Positions 46,189-55,279 of a stretch of 64,000 nucleotides of DNA are shown one piece after another; within the stretch, counting starts at the first letter, position 1; each line of letters opens with the position of its first letter. A model generated the notes under the pieces. The model was given only the letters and a program-made list of their open reading frames with translations. It was not told the DNA's origin and made no database searches. Source of the stretch: Candidatus Undinarchaeales archaeon (GTDB lineage: Archaea > SpSt-1190 > JASMDC01); the NCBI GenBank assembly GCA_030753015.1, contig JASMDC010000002.1, positions 32,001 through 96,000 of the forward strand, read 5' to 3'. Made by a program: the position numbers and the translations under genes.

Positions 46189-47187
46189 TTATGAGCTATC
46201 TCCGATCCAGGTGACATCTACTTCGTCGGTGCGGAAGCGCTGGGTTGTGAAGGACTCCTCGATGCCTTCCTTGATACCGGTCTCGTACATCTGCTCGCCA
46301 ACGAGGGCGATCATGGTACCGTTGTCACCGGCATACTCCCGGGGCACCACGTAGGCGTCACCTCCACGCTCATGGGCCATGGTGGCCACCATCTCGAAGA
46401 GGCGCTTATTGGCCGCAACACCGCCCACGAGGAGAGCGTCCTGCTTTTGGGTGTGGGCCATTGCACGCTCGGTGACCTCGGTTAGCATGGCGAAGGAGAC
46501 CTCCTGGACGGCCATGCACAGCGCTTTCATGTCCGCACCGTCGGCGAGCCGCCGCTTGATGTCGGAGAGGATGCCCGAGTAGGAGAGGTCCATACCCTTG
46601 ACCACGTACGGGAGCTCGATGAGGTCCGCACCCGCCTCGGCTGCCTCCCGGGCCATCCGCTCTACCGCCGGACCACCTGGGTGAGGGAGACCACCATACC
46701 GACAGAACTGGTCGAATAGGTTGCCGATGGGGATGTCCAGTGTCTCGCCGAACACGCGGTAACGATGCTCTTCATAGGCGATGACCTGGGTGTTGCCGCC
46801 GCTCACATAAAGAGTCACGGGATCGTCGATGTCACATGCCAGCCGCCCCACCTCGATGTGAGCGATGCAGTGGTTCACTGGGACCAGTGGGATACCATGA
46901 CGGATGGCCAGTGTCCGCGCCGTCACGAGCCCCGCAGCGAGGCAAGGGCCGAGTCCCGGTCCACGGGCGTAGGCAACAGCGTCAAGTTCGCTAGCACTCG
47001 TCCCCGCGGTCTCCAATGCCTCCGTGACCACCTTGGCGGCCACCTGTGCATGGTGCTCCGCAGCATCGCTGGGGCGGATGCCACCGACGGGGGGTTTGAA
47101 CGTGTCCATGATGTTGGAGAGGAGCGTACGCTCATGGCAAACGCCACACCCGAACGTATGGGCCGTTGACTCGATACCAAGGATCAC
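46189..47187 (-). CDS. kae1: t6A synthase Kae1 (stand-alone, not fused to Bud32)
   Basis: LGIESTAHT, GPGLGPCL, HCIAHIE, VSGGNTQ and DNGTMIA motifs. Confidence 0.96.
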   Translation of the reverse strand: MILGIESTAHTFGCGVCHERTLLSNIMDTFKPPVGGIRPSDAAEHHAQVAAKVVTEALETAGTSASELDAVAYARGPGLGPCLAAGLVTARTLAIRHGIPLVPVNHCIAHIEVGRLACDIDDPVTLYVSGGNTQVIAYEEHRYRVFGETLDIPIGNLFDQFCRYGGLPHPGGPAVERMAREAAEAGADLIELPYVVKGMDLSYSGILSDIKRRLADGADMKALCMAVQEVSFAMLTEVTERAMAHTQKQDALLVGGVAANKRLFEMVATMAHERGGDAYVVPREYAGDNGTMIALVGEQMYETGIKEGIEESFTTQRFRTDEVDVTWIGDSS

Positions 47188-47240
47188 GCATCCGAGTCGA
47201 AGGGGAAGACATTAAAAGATTGTTCCCGTCTGCCGCCGGT

Positions 47241-47789
47241 ATGTCAAGCTCCGAGGACATCACATGGGACGGCGAGTCCCTCGTCACCGCTACTATCGGT
47301 GAAGGCTACGAGGCCGAGAAGATAACCGGTGACTGCGACTTCGTCATCCAGGAGCTCATCAATGACGACCGCTCGCTCCGAGAACTCTATATCAACTGGT
47401 CCTGGACAAAGAAGGAAAAGGAGTACAGCGGCTTTGCGGTCATCGAGCCCGAGGGTGATGTAGAGTTCTGGGACAGCCGTCTTAAGGCCATCGGTGAGAA
47501 GGATCACCTTGACATCCACCATAAGGTGGAAGGATATATCCACAGCGTCAATGTGGTGTTGGATAAAGAGACCAAGGCTTTCGCGAACCTCTCCGAGGCC
47601 ATCGCATTCGCAAAGGAGCACAAGAAGGAGTTCGATGAGATCGACTTCGACATCATCCTTCCAAGCATACCTCTGCCGGGCAAGACGAAGATCTCCCCCA
47701 GGCGGGAGGAGGTGCTCGTCCATCTACCCGCGGTAGAGGACCATCTCCACGAGCATGAGAAGCACAAGGAACGCGTGGAGCTTATCTAG
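47241..47789 (+). CDS. Hypothetical acidic protein
   Basis: Open frame with coding-like codon usage; ATTAAAA about 25 nt upstream of ATG 47241; His-rich C-terminus. Confidence 0.65.
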   Translation: MSSSEDITWDGESLVTATIGEGYEAEKITGDCDFVIQELINDDRSLRELYINWSWTKKEKEYSGFAVIEPEGDVEFWDSRLKAIGEKDHLDIHHKVEGYIHSVNVVLDKETKAFANLSEAIAFAKEHKKEFDEIDFDIILPSIPLPGKTKISPRREEVLVHLPAVEDHLHEHEKHKERVELI

Positions 47790-47804
47790 TCGGGACCCGC
47801 TTAT

Positions 47805-47822
47805 CCGGTTCCAAGGGACCGG
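47805..47822. terminator. Hairpin between convergent genes
   Basis: CCGGTTCC-AA-GGGACCGG inverted repeat between the 47789 stop and the rps27ae stop. Confidence 0.35.
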
Positions 47823-47900
47823 GGCAGAAATCGTCATGTCAATAGCGTGAGAACTGGGGAGAACGACTTACCGGACAATCCCGCACAGTGGGATGAGGAG

Positions 47901-48068
47901 CTATTTCTTCCCGTACTCTGTGTAGCCGCAGCGGCCGCAGTGGAAGCGGTCCGCGTGCTTGGCCAGGAAGACGCCGTCCCCGCACCGCGGGCAGGGCTTG
48001 TTGTTCCGCTTCAGCTTCTCACCGTCAAGGGAATAGGCGGCGTTGGGAGTACCATCGGAGCTTACCAT
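47901..48068 (-). CDS. rps27ae: 30S ribosomal protein S27ae
   Basis: Hand translation: [55 protein letters not shown]. Below the ORF-track cutoff. Confidence 0.95.
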   Translation of the reverse strand: MVSSDGTPNAAYSLDGEKLKRNNKPCPRCGDGVFLAKHADRFHCGRCGYTEYGKK

Positions 48069-48601
48069 CAGGCTTTCTCCTCCTTAGGTGCCTTTTCCTT
48101 CTTTCCCTCGGCCTTCTTCTCCTTTGGCGCCTTTTCCTTCTTTCCCTCGGCCTTCTTCTCCTTTGGCGCCTTTTCCTTCTTTACCTTGGCCTTCTTCTCC
48201 TTTGGCGCCTCTTCCTTCTTATCCTCGGTCTTCTCTTCCTTTGGCGCCTCTTCCTTCTTTTCCTCGGCCTTCTCTTCCTTTGGCGCCTCTTCCTTCTTTT
48301 CCTCGGCCTTCTCTTCGCCCTTGATGAGGCCGTTCTTCCTCAGCGTGGCCTTGGTCTCCACTTTTGCGAGCACACCAGCGTCCTTGTAGACCGAGGCATT
48401 GCCCTCACAGGAGTCGATGCCGAAGGTTGTCTCGTACCGGTTGACGATCAAGAGCTCCTTCTTCGCCTTCAGGGCCGATGCCAATTGGGCTCGCACCTCG
48501 CCGATGGGCGGGGTGGCGGCAGTCTTGTGGTCGATGCGGAAGCGCACCTCGGTGCGCGCGAGCAGGAGGTTCTCGTTCTTCTCAACGATTTCAACTTCCA
48601 T
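48068..48601 (-). CDS. rps24e: 30S ribosomal protein S24e with Lys/Glu-rich tail
   Basis: [19 protein letters not shown] and YETTFG motifs; ~80 aa KE-rich extension. Confidence 0.93.
   Translation of the reverse strand: MEVEIVEKNENLLLARTEVRFRIDHKTAATPPIGEVRAQLASALKAKKELLIVNRYETTFGIDSCEGNASVYKDAGVLAKVETKATLRKNGLIKGEEKAEEKKEEAPKEEKAEEKKEEAPKEEKTEDKKEEAPKEKKAKVKKEKAPKEKKAEGKKEKAPKEKKAEGKKEKAPKEEKA
48073..48316 (-). repeat. 39-bp tandem repeat, ~6 copies, encoding (E/K)KAE(E/G)KKE(E/K)APKE
   Basis: Directly visible in both DNA and protein. Confidence 0.88.
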
Positions 48602-48625
48602 GTAAATTCACTCCGTATGTAAATA

Positions 48626-48811
48626 TTATCGTACGCGCAGTGCGTACTTTCCGGGGATATCGACTCCCATCTCGGTAGCAATGATGGAATCATTCGCGTC
48701 CAGGATGTGTGCCACCCCGGTCCATGTAGTCGTGAAGGAGTCGCCCCCGCAAATGGGGCACTTGTCCTTCAGTACGATGCGGCGGCAGGAGCGGCAGACC
48801 TTCTCAGGCAA
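48626..48811 (-). CDS. spt4: Transcription elongation factor Spt4 (RpoE2)
   Basis: CRSC...CPICG...WTG...PGKYALRVR; TTG start after an AGGAGGT SD. Confidence 0.93.
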   Translation of the reverse strand: MPEKVCRSCRRIVLKDKCPICGGDSFTTTWTGVAHILDANDSIIATEMGVDIPGKYALRVR

Positions 48812-49355
48812 GGACAACACCTCCTTCCTCCTCGCCAGCCCAATCGATCTTGCCAAGACCGGGCTGGCGCATGGTCAGACCGACCTTGGCGGACTGGCTG
48901 TGCTTGTAGGACACGGTGATGATGCGTGCCCTGACCTTGTCGCCGCTCTTGAGTACGCGCTTGCTCTCGCGGCCCATGAGAACACCGTCCTTACTGTACG
49001 AGATATAATCATCGGTGATCTGCGAGATGTGGACGAGGCCGTCGATGGGCCCGAGGCGGATGAACGCACCGAAGTCCACGATCTCGATGATAGTGCCCTC
49101 GACCACTTCGTGGAGCTCGGGTCGGTAGATGAGCATCTCGAACACTGTGTCGTAGTAGACGCCAGCGTCACCGGGGATGATCTTCCCCTCGCCAACGCTC
49201 TCTACCTTGGTGATACAGAGCACAACACCGACCTGACGGTCCATGAGGCCCTCATATGCCTTGCGCAGGGACACATCTACCGCTTCCATGGGCTTCTTGC
49301 CCAGGAGCGATGGATCCACCCGGACGCTGTCGCGCATCGAGACCAGTTTATACAT
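48804..49355 (-). CDS. rpoE1: DNA-directed RNA polymerase subunit E' (Rpo7)
   Basis: GKIIPGDAG, FGAFIRLGPIDGLVHISQI and LTMRQPGLGK motifs. Confidence 0.96.
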   Translation of the reverse strand: MYKLVSMRDSVRVDPSLLGKKPMEAVDVSLRKAYEGLMDRQVGVVLCITKVESVGEGKIIPGDAGVYYDTVFEMLIYRPELHEVVEGTIIEIVDFGAFIRLGPIDGLVHISQITDDYISYSKDGVLMGRESKRVLKSGDKVRARIITVSYKHSQSAKVGLTMRQPGLGKIDWAGEEEGGVVLA

Positions 49356-49367
49356 GATTATACCCTC

Positions 49368-49925
49368 CTATCGAATCTCCAGTTTCGGCCGCACCTTCTT
49401 ATCGAACAGCCGCATCGAATGTGCGATGACCTTGCGAGCGGTCACCGCATCCCGCCATCCTAGCACCTCAGTGGTGACGTCCCCGGCGAGTTCGCTCTGG
49501 AGACTGAAGTACCGGGCGATCTCCTTAGGGAGGTTGGTTGGCAGGTCGTCAAGTCGTTTGATATCAGCGAGCGTTCGGTCGCGGACTGGCACGGCCAGCA
49601 CCGTGTCCGAGCGTTGCTCACCTGTGATCATTTCAAGTATCGCTATAGGGCGCGACTCGATGACGCACCCGGGAAATGTCGGTTCGTTGGTGACGACCAG
49701 ACAGTCGAGGGGCTCCCCGTTGTCAAAGATCGTCTGCGGTATGATCCCGTAATCGCCGTTGTGGAAGACGGGGGCAGAGAGTACCGTAGTGAGCTGGTAG
49801 TACACTTGTCCCTTGTCAGAGACCATCTCGTACTTGTTACGTCCCCCGCGGGGTACTTCGACCACGACGTTGATGATTTCTGGCGGATCCGGTCCAGGCG
49901 GGATGGTGATCCAGGGGTTGCTCAT
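49368..49925 (-). CDS. ppa: Family I inorganic pyrophosphatase homolog, catalytically degenerate
   Basis: VVEVPRG, NKYE, YGIIPQT, PLD, FPGCVIESRPI and LAVP are retained; many active-site residues are substituted. Confidence 0.8.
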   Translation of the reverse strand: MSNPWITIPPGPDPPEIINVVVEVPRGGRNKYEMVSDKGQVYYQLTTVLSAPVFHNGDYGIIPQTIFDNGEPLDCLVVTNEPTFPGCVIESRPIAILEMITGEQRSDTVLAVPVRDRTLADIKRLDDLPTNLPKEIARYFSLQSELAGDVTTEVLGWRDAVTARKVIAHSMRLFDKKVRPKLEIR

Positions 49926-50305
49926 GCGCTCACCTCCTCAAGATGACTACGGTTGCGGAGTACCACAACGGGGCGTCTAAGCTCGGCGAGACGCTGCTTG
50001 AGCTCTTTGTCCTGTGTACACACTACGGCCCCTTCCTCCTGGGAAAGGGCGACGAGAATGTCGTCCGTCGATCCCGGAGCGGTGAATGGAAGCACGGCGA
50101 CCCCTAAATCTACAAGCTTGAGCCCGACCTCGGCCGCGAGGTTGTCTCGGCCACGGCCAGCGGTTGCCAGTGCCCGCAACTCGTCCATGACAGCGGGGAC
50201 GGTGACCGTCTCAGCACTGGGATTGAGGCGAGTGAGCTCGGTCAGGACGTCCACACCAAAGTTATGTGGGATCATCAGGAAATTCGTATCGAGAGCGTAC
50301 ATCAT
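49922..50305 (-). CDS. PIN-domain protein (Fcf1/Utp24-like)
   Basis: LDTNFLM, VMDEL, TDD and CTQDKELK; conserved position after eif2g. Confidence 0.88.
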   Translation of the reverse strand: MMYALDTNFLMIPHNFGVDVLTELTRLNPSAETVTVPAVMDELRALATAGRGRDNLAAEVGLKLVDLGVAVLPFTAPGSTDDILVALSQEEGAVVCTQDKELKQRLAELRRPVVVLRNRSHLEEVSA

Positions 50306-51540
50306 TAGATGACACCGTACCCGATCAATCGCCACCTAGCCCCGAACCGCCGCGAGAGCGAGGCACGCTCACCCTCCAGCGCGCATACGGGGCGCTTGAG
50401 CGCCACACGCACGTGGTCCTTGTGTTTGTCGACTACCACACCGACGGTAGTGGCCGAACCTACGTTGATCATGAACAGCTCCTTGGGTGAGATGGGTTCC
50501 ACAGCGATCTCTTCCTTGGATCCCACCACGCGTTCGAGGAGAGTGACGTCCATGTCGAGCGTCGAGAGGACCGGGGGCAGCTTGCCGGGGAAGCCAACGA
50601 GGTTGCCCGAGAGCGAGTCCGCCTTGGAGAGCGATGGGTCCAGGGACGTACCGATACCGAACGATCCGCCGGGGGTCACCTCTTTTGTGGCCTTATCCCC
50701 TGTCGTGATGGTCGTGACGGTCGTGTGCAACGGTTCCCAAACGTCCTTGTTCTCGACCTTATGCCTGATTCCTGGCCGGATCTCGATCTCGTCCCCGATC
50801 TTGAGCTTGCCTTGAACGAGAGCACCGCCGAGGACGCCACCCACGAGCTTGGAGGGATGCTTTCCCGGTCGGTTGACATCGAAAGAGCGCGCGACGTGCA
50901 TACGCGGGTCAGCGGACGGGTCCCGCTTGGGTGTCGGGATGATAGTCTCGATGGCCTGGATCAAGGCGTCCACGTTGATACTATGCTGAGCGGAGATCGG
51001 GATGATGGGAGTTGTCTTAGCCCGTTCCTCTCCGAGGAATTGGACGATCTGTTCATAGTTTTCTTGGACCTGCTCACGGGAGACCAGATCGACCTTGTTC
51101 TGGACCACGACGATTTTTTTGACGCCGACTATGTCCAGCGCCATGAGGTGCTCCTTCGTCTGGGGCTGGGGACACTCCTCGTTGGCTGCGACCACTAGCA
51201 GCGCACCGTCCATGATAGCAGCGCCACAGAGCATGGTGGCCATGAGGGTCTCGTGACCCGGAGAGTCAACGAAGGATACGGCCCGCTGGAGCTTTGCCTC
51301 GCCACCGCACGCAACACACCGATTGAGGGTGGTGAAAGCTTTAGGGCCCTTCTCCTTGGGGCACTTGTAGAAGGATGTGTTGGCGTAGCCGAGCTTGATC
51401 GTGATACCGCGTTTGAGCTCCTCGGAGTGGGTGTCAGCCCATACTCCACTGAGCGCTTTAGTGAGCGTTGTCTTTCCGTGGTCGATGTGACCGACGAGTC
51501 CGATATTGACCTCAGGTTGTGAGACTGGATTGGGGGACAT
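50305..51540 (-). CDS. eif2g: Translation initiation factor 2 gamma subunit
   Basis: QPEVNIGLVGHIDHGKTT, RGITIKLGY, DSPGHE and RWRLIGYG motifs. Confidence 0.97.
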   Translation of the reverse strand: MSPNPVSQPEVNIGLVGHIDHGKTTLTKALSGVWADTHSEELKRGITIKLGYANTSFYKCPKEKGPKAFTTLNRCVACGGEAKLQRAVSFVDSPGHETLMATMLCGAAIMDGALLVVAANEECPQPQTKEHLMALDIVGVKKIVVVQNKVDLVSREQVQENYEQIVQFLGEERAKTTPIIPISAQHSINVDALIQAIETIIPTPKRDPSADPRMHVARSFDVNRPGKHPSKLVGGVLGGALVQGKLKIGDEIEIRPGIRHKVENKDVWEPLHTTVTTITTGDKATKEVTPGGSFGIGTSLDPSLSKADSLSGNLVGFPGKLPPVLSTLDMDVTLLERVVGSKEEIAVEPISPKELFMINVGSATTVGVVVDKHKDHVRVALKRPVCALEGERASLSRRFGARWRLIGYGVI

Positions 51541-51544
51541 GTCT

Positions 51545-51949
51545 TCACTCGGCCTTCTCGGCCCCTCCATCATCGCCAGCGAAGGAGCTCTCGAGCTTCT
51601 TCTTCCCAGCCTTGACTACCTTGGTGTTGATCTGTAGGATGGCGTCCGAGATCGTGTTCCCACGCACACTCTTACGCCGCCGAATACCATCGGATGTCGG
51701 TCGGTAGCCGGGCGGTCCGGCGAGGAGCACCTTCTTACGAGCTGCACCTTCGACATCCTTACGCATGGCGAAGCCTTGCCTATCTGAGCCACCTGTGATC
51801 ATGAGCTCGTAACCGGTGAGACCGAGGACTTCGCCCCGGAAGGTCTCACCTATTCTCTTTCCGATGAGGCTTTTCATCTCATCCCCAGAGAGTTCCTTCT
51901 GGTAGCACTTGCCTCCCTTGATATCCGATATCGTTACTTTGAACACCAT
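51545..51949 (-). CDS. rps6e: 30S ribosomal protein S6e
   Basis: LIGKRIGE, ITGGSDRQGFAM and RRKSVRGN motifs. Confidence 0.96.
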   Translation of the reverse strand: MVFKVTISDIKGGKCYQKELSGDEMKSLIGKRIGETFRGEVLGLTGYELMITGGSDRQGFAMRKDVEGAARKKVLLAGPPGYRPTSDGIRRRKSVRGNTISDAILQINTKVVKAGKKKLESSFAGDDGGAEKAE

Positions 51950-51960
51950 TATCATCATCC

Positions 51961-53733
51961 CTATCCGAGCGCCCACAACGGATTGCGAGTGCGCTTTATA
52001 TCGACGATCTGCTGAAGCGCCGCCTTCTCACTTCCCCGGATAACTTCCAATATCTTTTTAATTGTTCTGTAATCGGGCTCCGGGATATCGGTGAGGAGAA
52101 TATCGTCCTCATCGAAGTCTTTTCCTACCTTTGCGGAGTCGATGGAGAGCGCGACCTGCATACCCTCATCGGCTTTCCGCACGTTTTCACCTTTGTCCTG
52201 TACACCCTTGATACGCCCCACACAATCGCCTTTCAGGGTCATGAGGGGATACCCGGGCTTGACGAGGCCGCCGAGGATCTCCACACCTACCACGGCCGGC
52301 TTGCACTGCCTGAACACGTAGCCACGGAGCACGTGGACCTTGCCGGCCCGCACCACGTTGGAGAGTAGCTCCTCCTTCTCCTTTGCCCTTTCAGTAGTGG
52401 TCCACTCGTCGTAATCCTCGAGGAGCCGGTAGATGACGGTGTTGTTGAACACCGGTACATTCTTGTTTCTGGATAGATCTTCGGCATCGGGAAGGACCGA
52501 TGTGTTGAATCCGAGCACGATGCCGCGGTAACGGTCGGTCTTGCCCACTTGTTCGGCCTTGAGCACATCGCGCTTGGTGACACGTCCCACATCAGCCCGG
52601 CTGATCGGGATCTCAAGGGCTTTGAGCATGCCCACGAGGGCCTCCAGGGCGCCCAGCGTATCGGCCTTGATGACGATACCGTTGACGTTCTGTTCAACGA
52701 GGACGTCGCTCACCTCTTGCGTAGCTGCCTGGACGAGCCGCTTGACCTCCTTCTTGTTCTTTGCCACGGTCAGGGTCGTACCTGCCATAGCGTTCTCGAG
52801 GCCAGGTGCCGCGATCTTGATGCCGGCTGCCGCCTGCACCTCCTTGACCGAGTCGAACTTGTCCCTCGGATCGCGGATCTCGTCGAGGGGTTTGGGGTTG
52901 AGCAGGGCACGCACACGGGCCACGATGGGTGGTCCAAGCGAGCCTACGATGATCGTATCACCCTCCTTGATGGTACCATCGTAGAGGATGACATCGAGGG
53001 TCGTGCCCAGACCCCGCTCCTCCTTCACTTCGAGGATGGTGCCCTTGCCAGGGGCGCTCACGTCCACCGCGAGGCCCTCCTTGAGGAATTGCTGAGTGAG
53101 CCCGGACAGCACCATGAGGAGCTCGCCGATACCTTCCCCGGTCTTTGCAGAGACCGGAACGATGGACACCTGCTTGGCAAAGTCGGCGATCCGGTCAAAC
53201 CGCTCTCCCTCGAATCCCTGCTCCGAGAGCTGGCCTACGAGCGTATAAATCCGCTCCTCGAGCTTATCCACGACGTCCTTCGACTGCTGCTTCAGGCTCT
53301 CTGTGATGCAGGTGGTATCCCCTTTCTTCCATCCATGGATCATGTCCACCTTGTTGGCGGCCACGAGGAAGGGTGTCTTCGATTGACGGAGAATGGTCAG
53401 CGACTCGATGGTCTGGGGCCGGAACCCGTCATTGAGATCAACGACAAGTAGAGCAAAATCGGAGAGAGCACCACCGCGCTTGCGGAGGCTCGTGAACGCG
53501 TGGTGGCCCGGAGTGTCGATGAATAGCAATCCCGGGATGCTCAGGCAAGTGTCCCCCTTCATGAGCCCCTTACAATATGACTCTACGACGTCGAGGGGTA
53601 CACAGGTGGCACCTATATGCTGAGTGATACCACCAGACTCACGGCCAGCTACCGATGTCTTCCTGATCCAGTCCAAGATGCTCGTCTTACCATGGTCCAC
53701 ATGGCCGAGCACGGAGACTATCGGTTGGCGCAA
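51961..53733 (-). CDS. infB: Translation initiation factor aIF5B (IF-2)
   Basis: RQPIVSVLGHVDHGKT, GGITQHIGA, DTPGH, NKVD and KADTLGALEA; TTG start; no intein. Confidence 0.97.
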   Translation of the reverse strand: MRQPIVSVLGHVDHGKTSILDWIRKTSVAGRESGGITQHIGATCVPLDVVESYCKGLMKGDTCLSIPGLLFIDTPGHHAFTSLRKRGGALSDFALLVVDLNDGFRPQTIESLTILRQSKTPFLVAANKVDMIHGWKKGDTTCITESLKQQSKDVVDKLEERIYTLVGQLSEQGFEGERFDRIADFAKQVSIVPVSAKTGEGIGELLMVLSGLTQQFLKEGLAVDVSAPGKGTILEVKEERGLGTTLDVILYDGTIKEGDTIIVGSLGPPIVARVRALLNPKPLDEIRDPRDKFDSVKEVQAAAGIKIAAPGLENAMAGTTLTVAKNKKEVKRLVQAATQEVSDVLVEQNVNGIVIKADTLGALEALVGMLKALEIPISRADVGRVTKRDVLKAEQVGKTDRYRGIVLGFNTSVLPDAEDLSRNKNVPVFNNTVIYRLLEDYDEWTTTERAKEKEELLSNVVRAGKVHVLRGYVFRQCKPAVVGVEILGGLVKPGYPLMTLKGDCVGRIKGVQDKGENVRKADEGMQVALSIDSAKVGKDFDEDDILLTDIPEPDYRTIKKILEVIRGSEKAALQQIVDIKRTRNPLWALG

Positions 53734-53776
53734 CGCTGTCTACTCCCGGGGGAAGCCGCGGTCGATGCCGCGGCGT

Positions 53777-53953
53777 TCAGGGCTTTTTCTTCTGCCCCTG
53801 CTCGGTCCACTTGACCCGGCGGGGAACCCTAGAGAGGTTCAGGAGGTTGTTGTCGCACTTGCTCGAGCAGAAGTACAGGATAGTACCGTCGTCCTTGACG
53901 AACATCATCCCCGAACCGGGCTCGATTTCTTTTCCACAGAAGCTGCAGTCCAT
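53777..53953 (-). CDS. rpl24e: 50S ribosomal protein L24e
   Basis: Hand translation: [58 protein letters not shown]. Below the ORF-track cutoff. Confidence 0.95.
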   Translation of the reverse strand: MDCSFCGKEIEPGSGMMFVKDDGTILYFCSSKCDNNLLNLSRVPRRVKWTEQGQKKKP

Positions 53954-53960
53954 AGTGCTC

Positions 53961-54212
53961 CTACCTCGCTGACAACTTTGATGCCTGCATGGTTGTTTCC
54001 ATAAGCATCAGTATGTCGCCCGTCCTGATGGGCCCTCTGATGTTGCGTACGATGATCTTACCTTGGTCGCGCCCGACGAGAACCTCGCATCGGACCTGGA
54101 TGACCTCACCACGAACGCCGGTGCGTCCCATGATCTCGACCACCCGAGCGGGTGTTCCCAGGTCGGATGCAGCCGATTTCGCCTCTTCCTTCTTTTCAGC
54201 ACCTCGTGCCAC
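53961..54212 (-). CDS. rps28e: 30S ribosomal protein S28e
   Basis: [14 protein letters not shown]...[13 protein letters not shown]. Confidence 0.96.
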   Translation of the reverse strand: MARGAEKKEEAKSAASDLGTPARVVEIMGRTGVRGEVIQVRCEVLVGRDQGKIIVRNIRGPIRTGDILMLMETTMQASKLSAR

Positions 54213-54221
54213 GGCGCTCCC

Positions 54222-54596
54222 CTACTTATTCTTCAGGAGCTCGGCGACCTTGGCCTGGATCTCCTCGATAATGGGCTTGGCATTGCCAGGCTTTGTGATG
54301 GCGATGGCCGCCGAGGGTACGTCGATGCCGGCCGCGGCGCCCAGTTCCACTTTGCTCTGGACATATACATAGGGTACCTCCTTCTCCTCACAGAGGGGGG
54401 GGAGGTGGGCCACGACCTCGGGGGGCGTGACGTCTTCGGCGATGACCACGAGGCTCGCCTGCTTGCGTTCGATGACCTTCGTGGCCTCATTGCTGCCCTT
54501 CTTGAGCTTACCGGAGGTCTTGGCGACCTCAATGGCCTCAAGGGCCTTGTCGGCGAGCTCTTTGGGCGTATCATACTTCACATGAATCGCTGCCAT
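54222..54596 (-). CDS. rpl7ae: 50S ribosomal protein L7Ae
   Basis: [24 protein letters not shown] and ELGAAAG motifs. Confidence 0.97.
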   Translation of the reverse strand: MAAIHVKYDTPKELADKALEAIEVAKTSGKLKKGSNEATKVIERKQASLVVIAEDVTPPEVVAHLPPLCEEKEVPYVYVQSKVELGAAAGIDVPSAAIAITKPGNAKPIIEEIQAKVAELLKNK

Positions 54597-54666
54597 TTCA
54601 TTCAACCTTCCTCGGAATAAATTCCGTCATCGTTCATTGGTTTGGTTGGTGGTGTGGAACGGTTCA

Positions 54667-54680
54667 ATTTATAAGATTTC
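54667..54680 (-). promoter_or_regulatory. BRE-TATA promoter of the rpl7ae operon
   Basis: Minus strand GAAATCTTATAAAT, about 70 nt upstream of the ATG. Confidence 0.7.
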
Positions 54681-54769
54681 CTCAAGGACCGCGTTGCCTT
54701 TTTCCCCCTTGCCGGTCGTCACGAATCCATTTAGTTCACGGACGATATAATCCCGATCGGTGTGAATTT

Positions 54770-55075
54770 ATGGCTGACAAGGAAAATGCCAACACAGAAA
54801 GCGACATTAAGACCGATGAGGTCTTCGAGCAGGAAGAGGCCGTGAAGGTGCGGCCGCTGACCACGTACTACGTGCCCATCAAGGAGAACCTGGGGTTCCG
54901 GTTCGTGGTTTGGCCTACTAACCTCTCCATCGAGAAGGTCTCCAAGAACCTGGAGACCACCCGATGGGACAGGCTTCAGTCACTGAGCCTCACCCGCCGT
55001 TCCGTGGAGTTCCTCGCCACTCGTGCGGGCTCCATGCTCGAACAGTGGGACGTGTGCGCAAAGGCTGCTCGGTAG
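54770..55075 (+). CDS. Hypothetical protein
   Basis: ATG with GGTG upstream, acidic N-terminus, beta-rich core and C-terminal helix; divergent from rpl7ae. Confidence 0.65.
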   Translation: MADKENANTESDIKTDEVFEQEEAVKVRPLTTYYVPIKENLGFRFVVWPTNLSIEKVSKNLETTRWDRLQSLSLTRRSVEFLATRAGSMLEQWDVCAKAAR

Positions 55076-55107
55076 AATTTTTCGTACACGGATCATCCCT
55101 GGGTGCC

Positions 55108-55140
55108 GGGTAGGGGCTCATCACCTCTACCCCTTTTTTT
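55108..55140 (+). terminator. Hairpin plus T-tract terminator
   Basis: GGGTAGGGG/CCTCTACCC 9-bp stem (one G-U pair) followed by T7. Confidence 0.55.
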
Positions 55141-55279
55141 CCCTTATCCCCCGCCAGCGGGCACCCCTGGTATGAGCGGGAGGGGATCGATGAAGACGTG
55201 CGCGGATGGGGATTACCGACGTCCCTAAGGAACACGGTCCGTCCGAGATCCCCACGGTCGCTCGCTCAATGCACACATC

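Noticed and set aside
54990-55235. Minus-strand ORF with GAGGTG directly before an ATG
   Set aside because: It overlaps the convergent gene and the terminator hairpin, the SD has no spacing, and the product is not protein-like.
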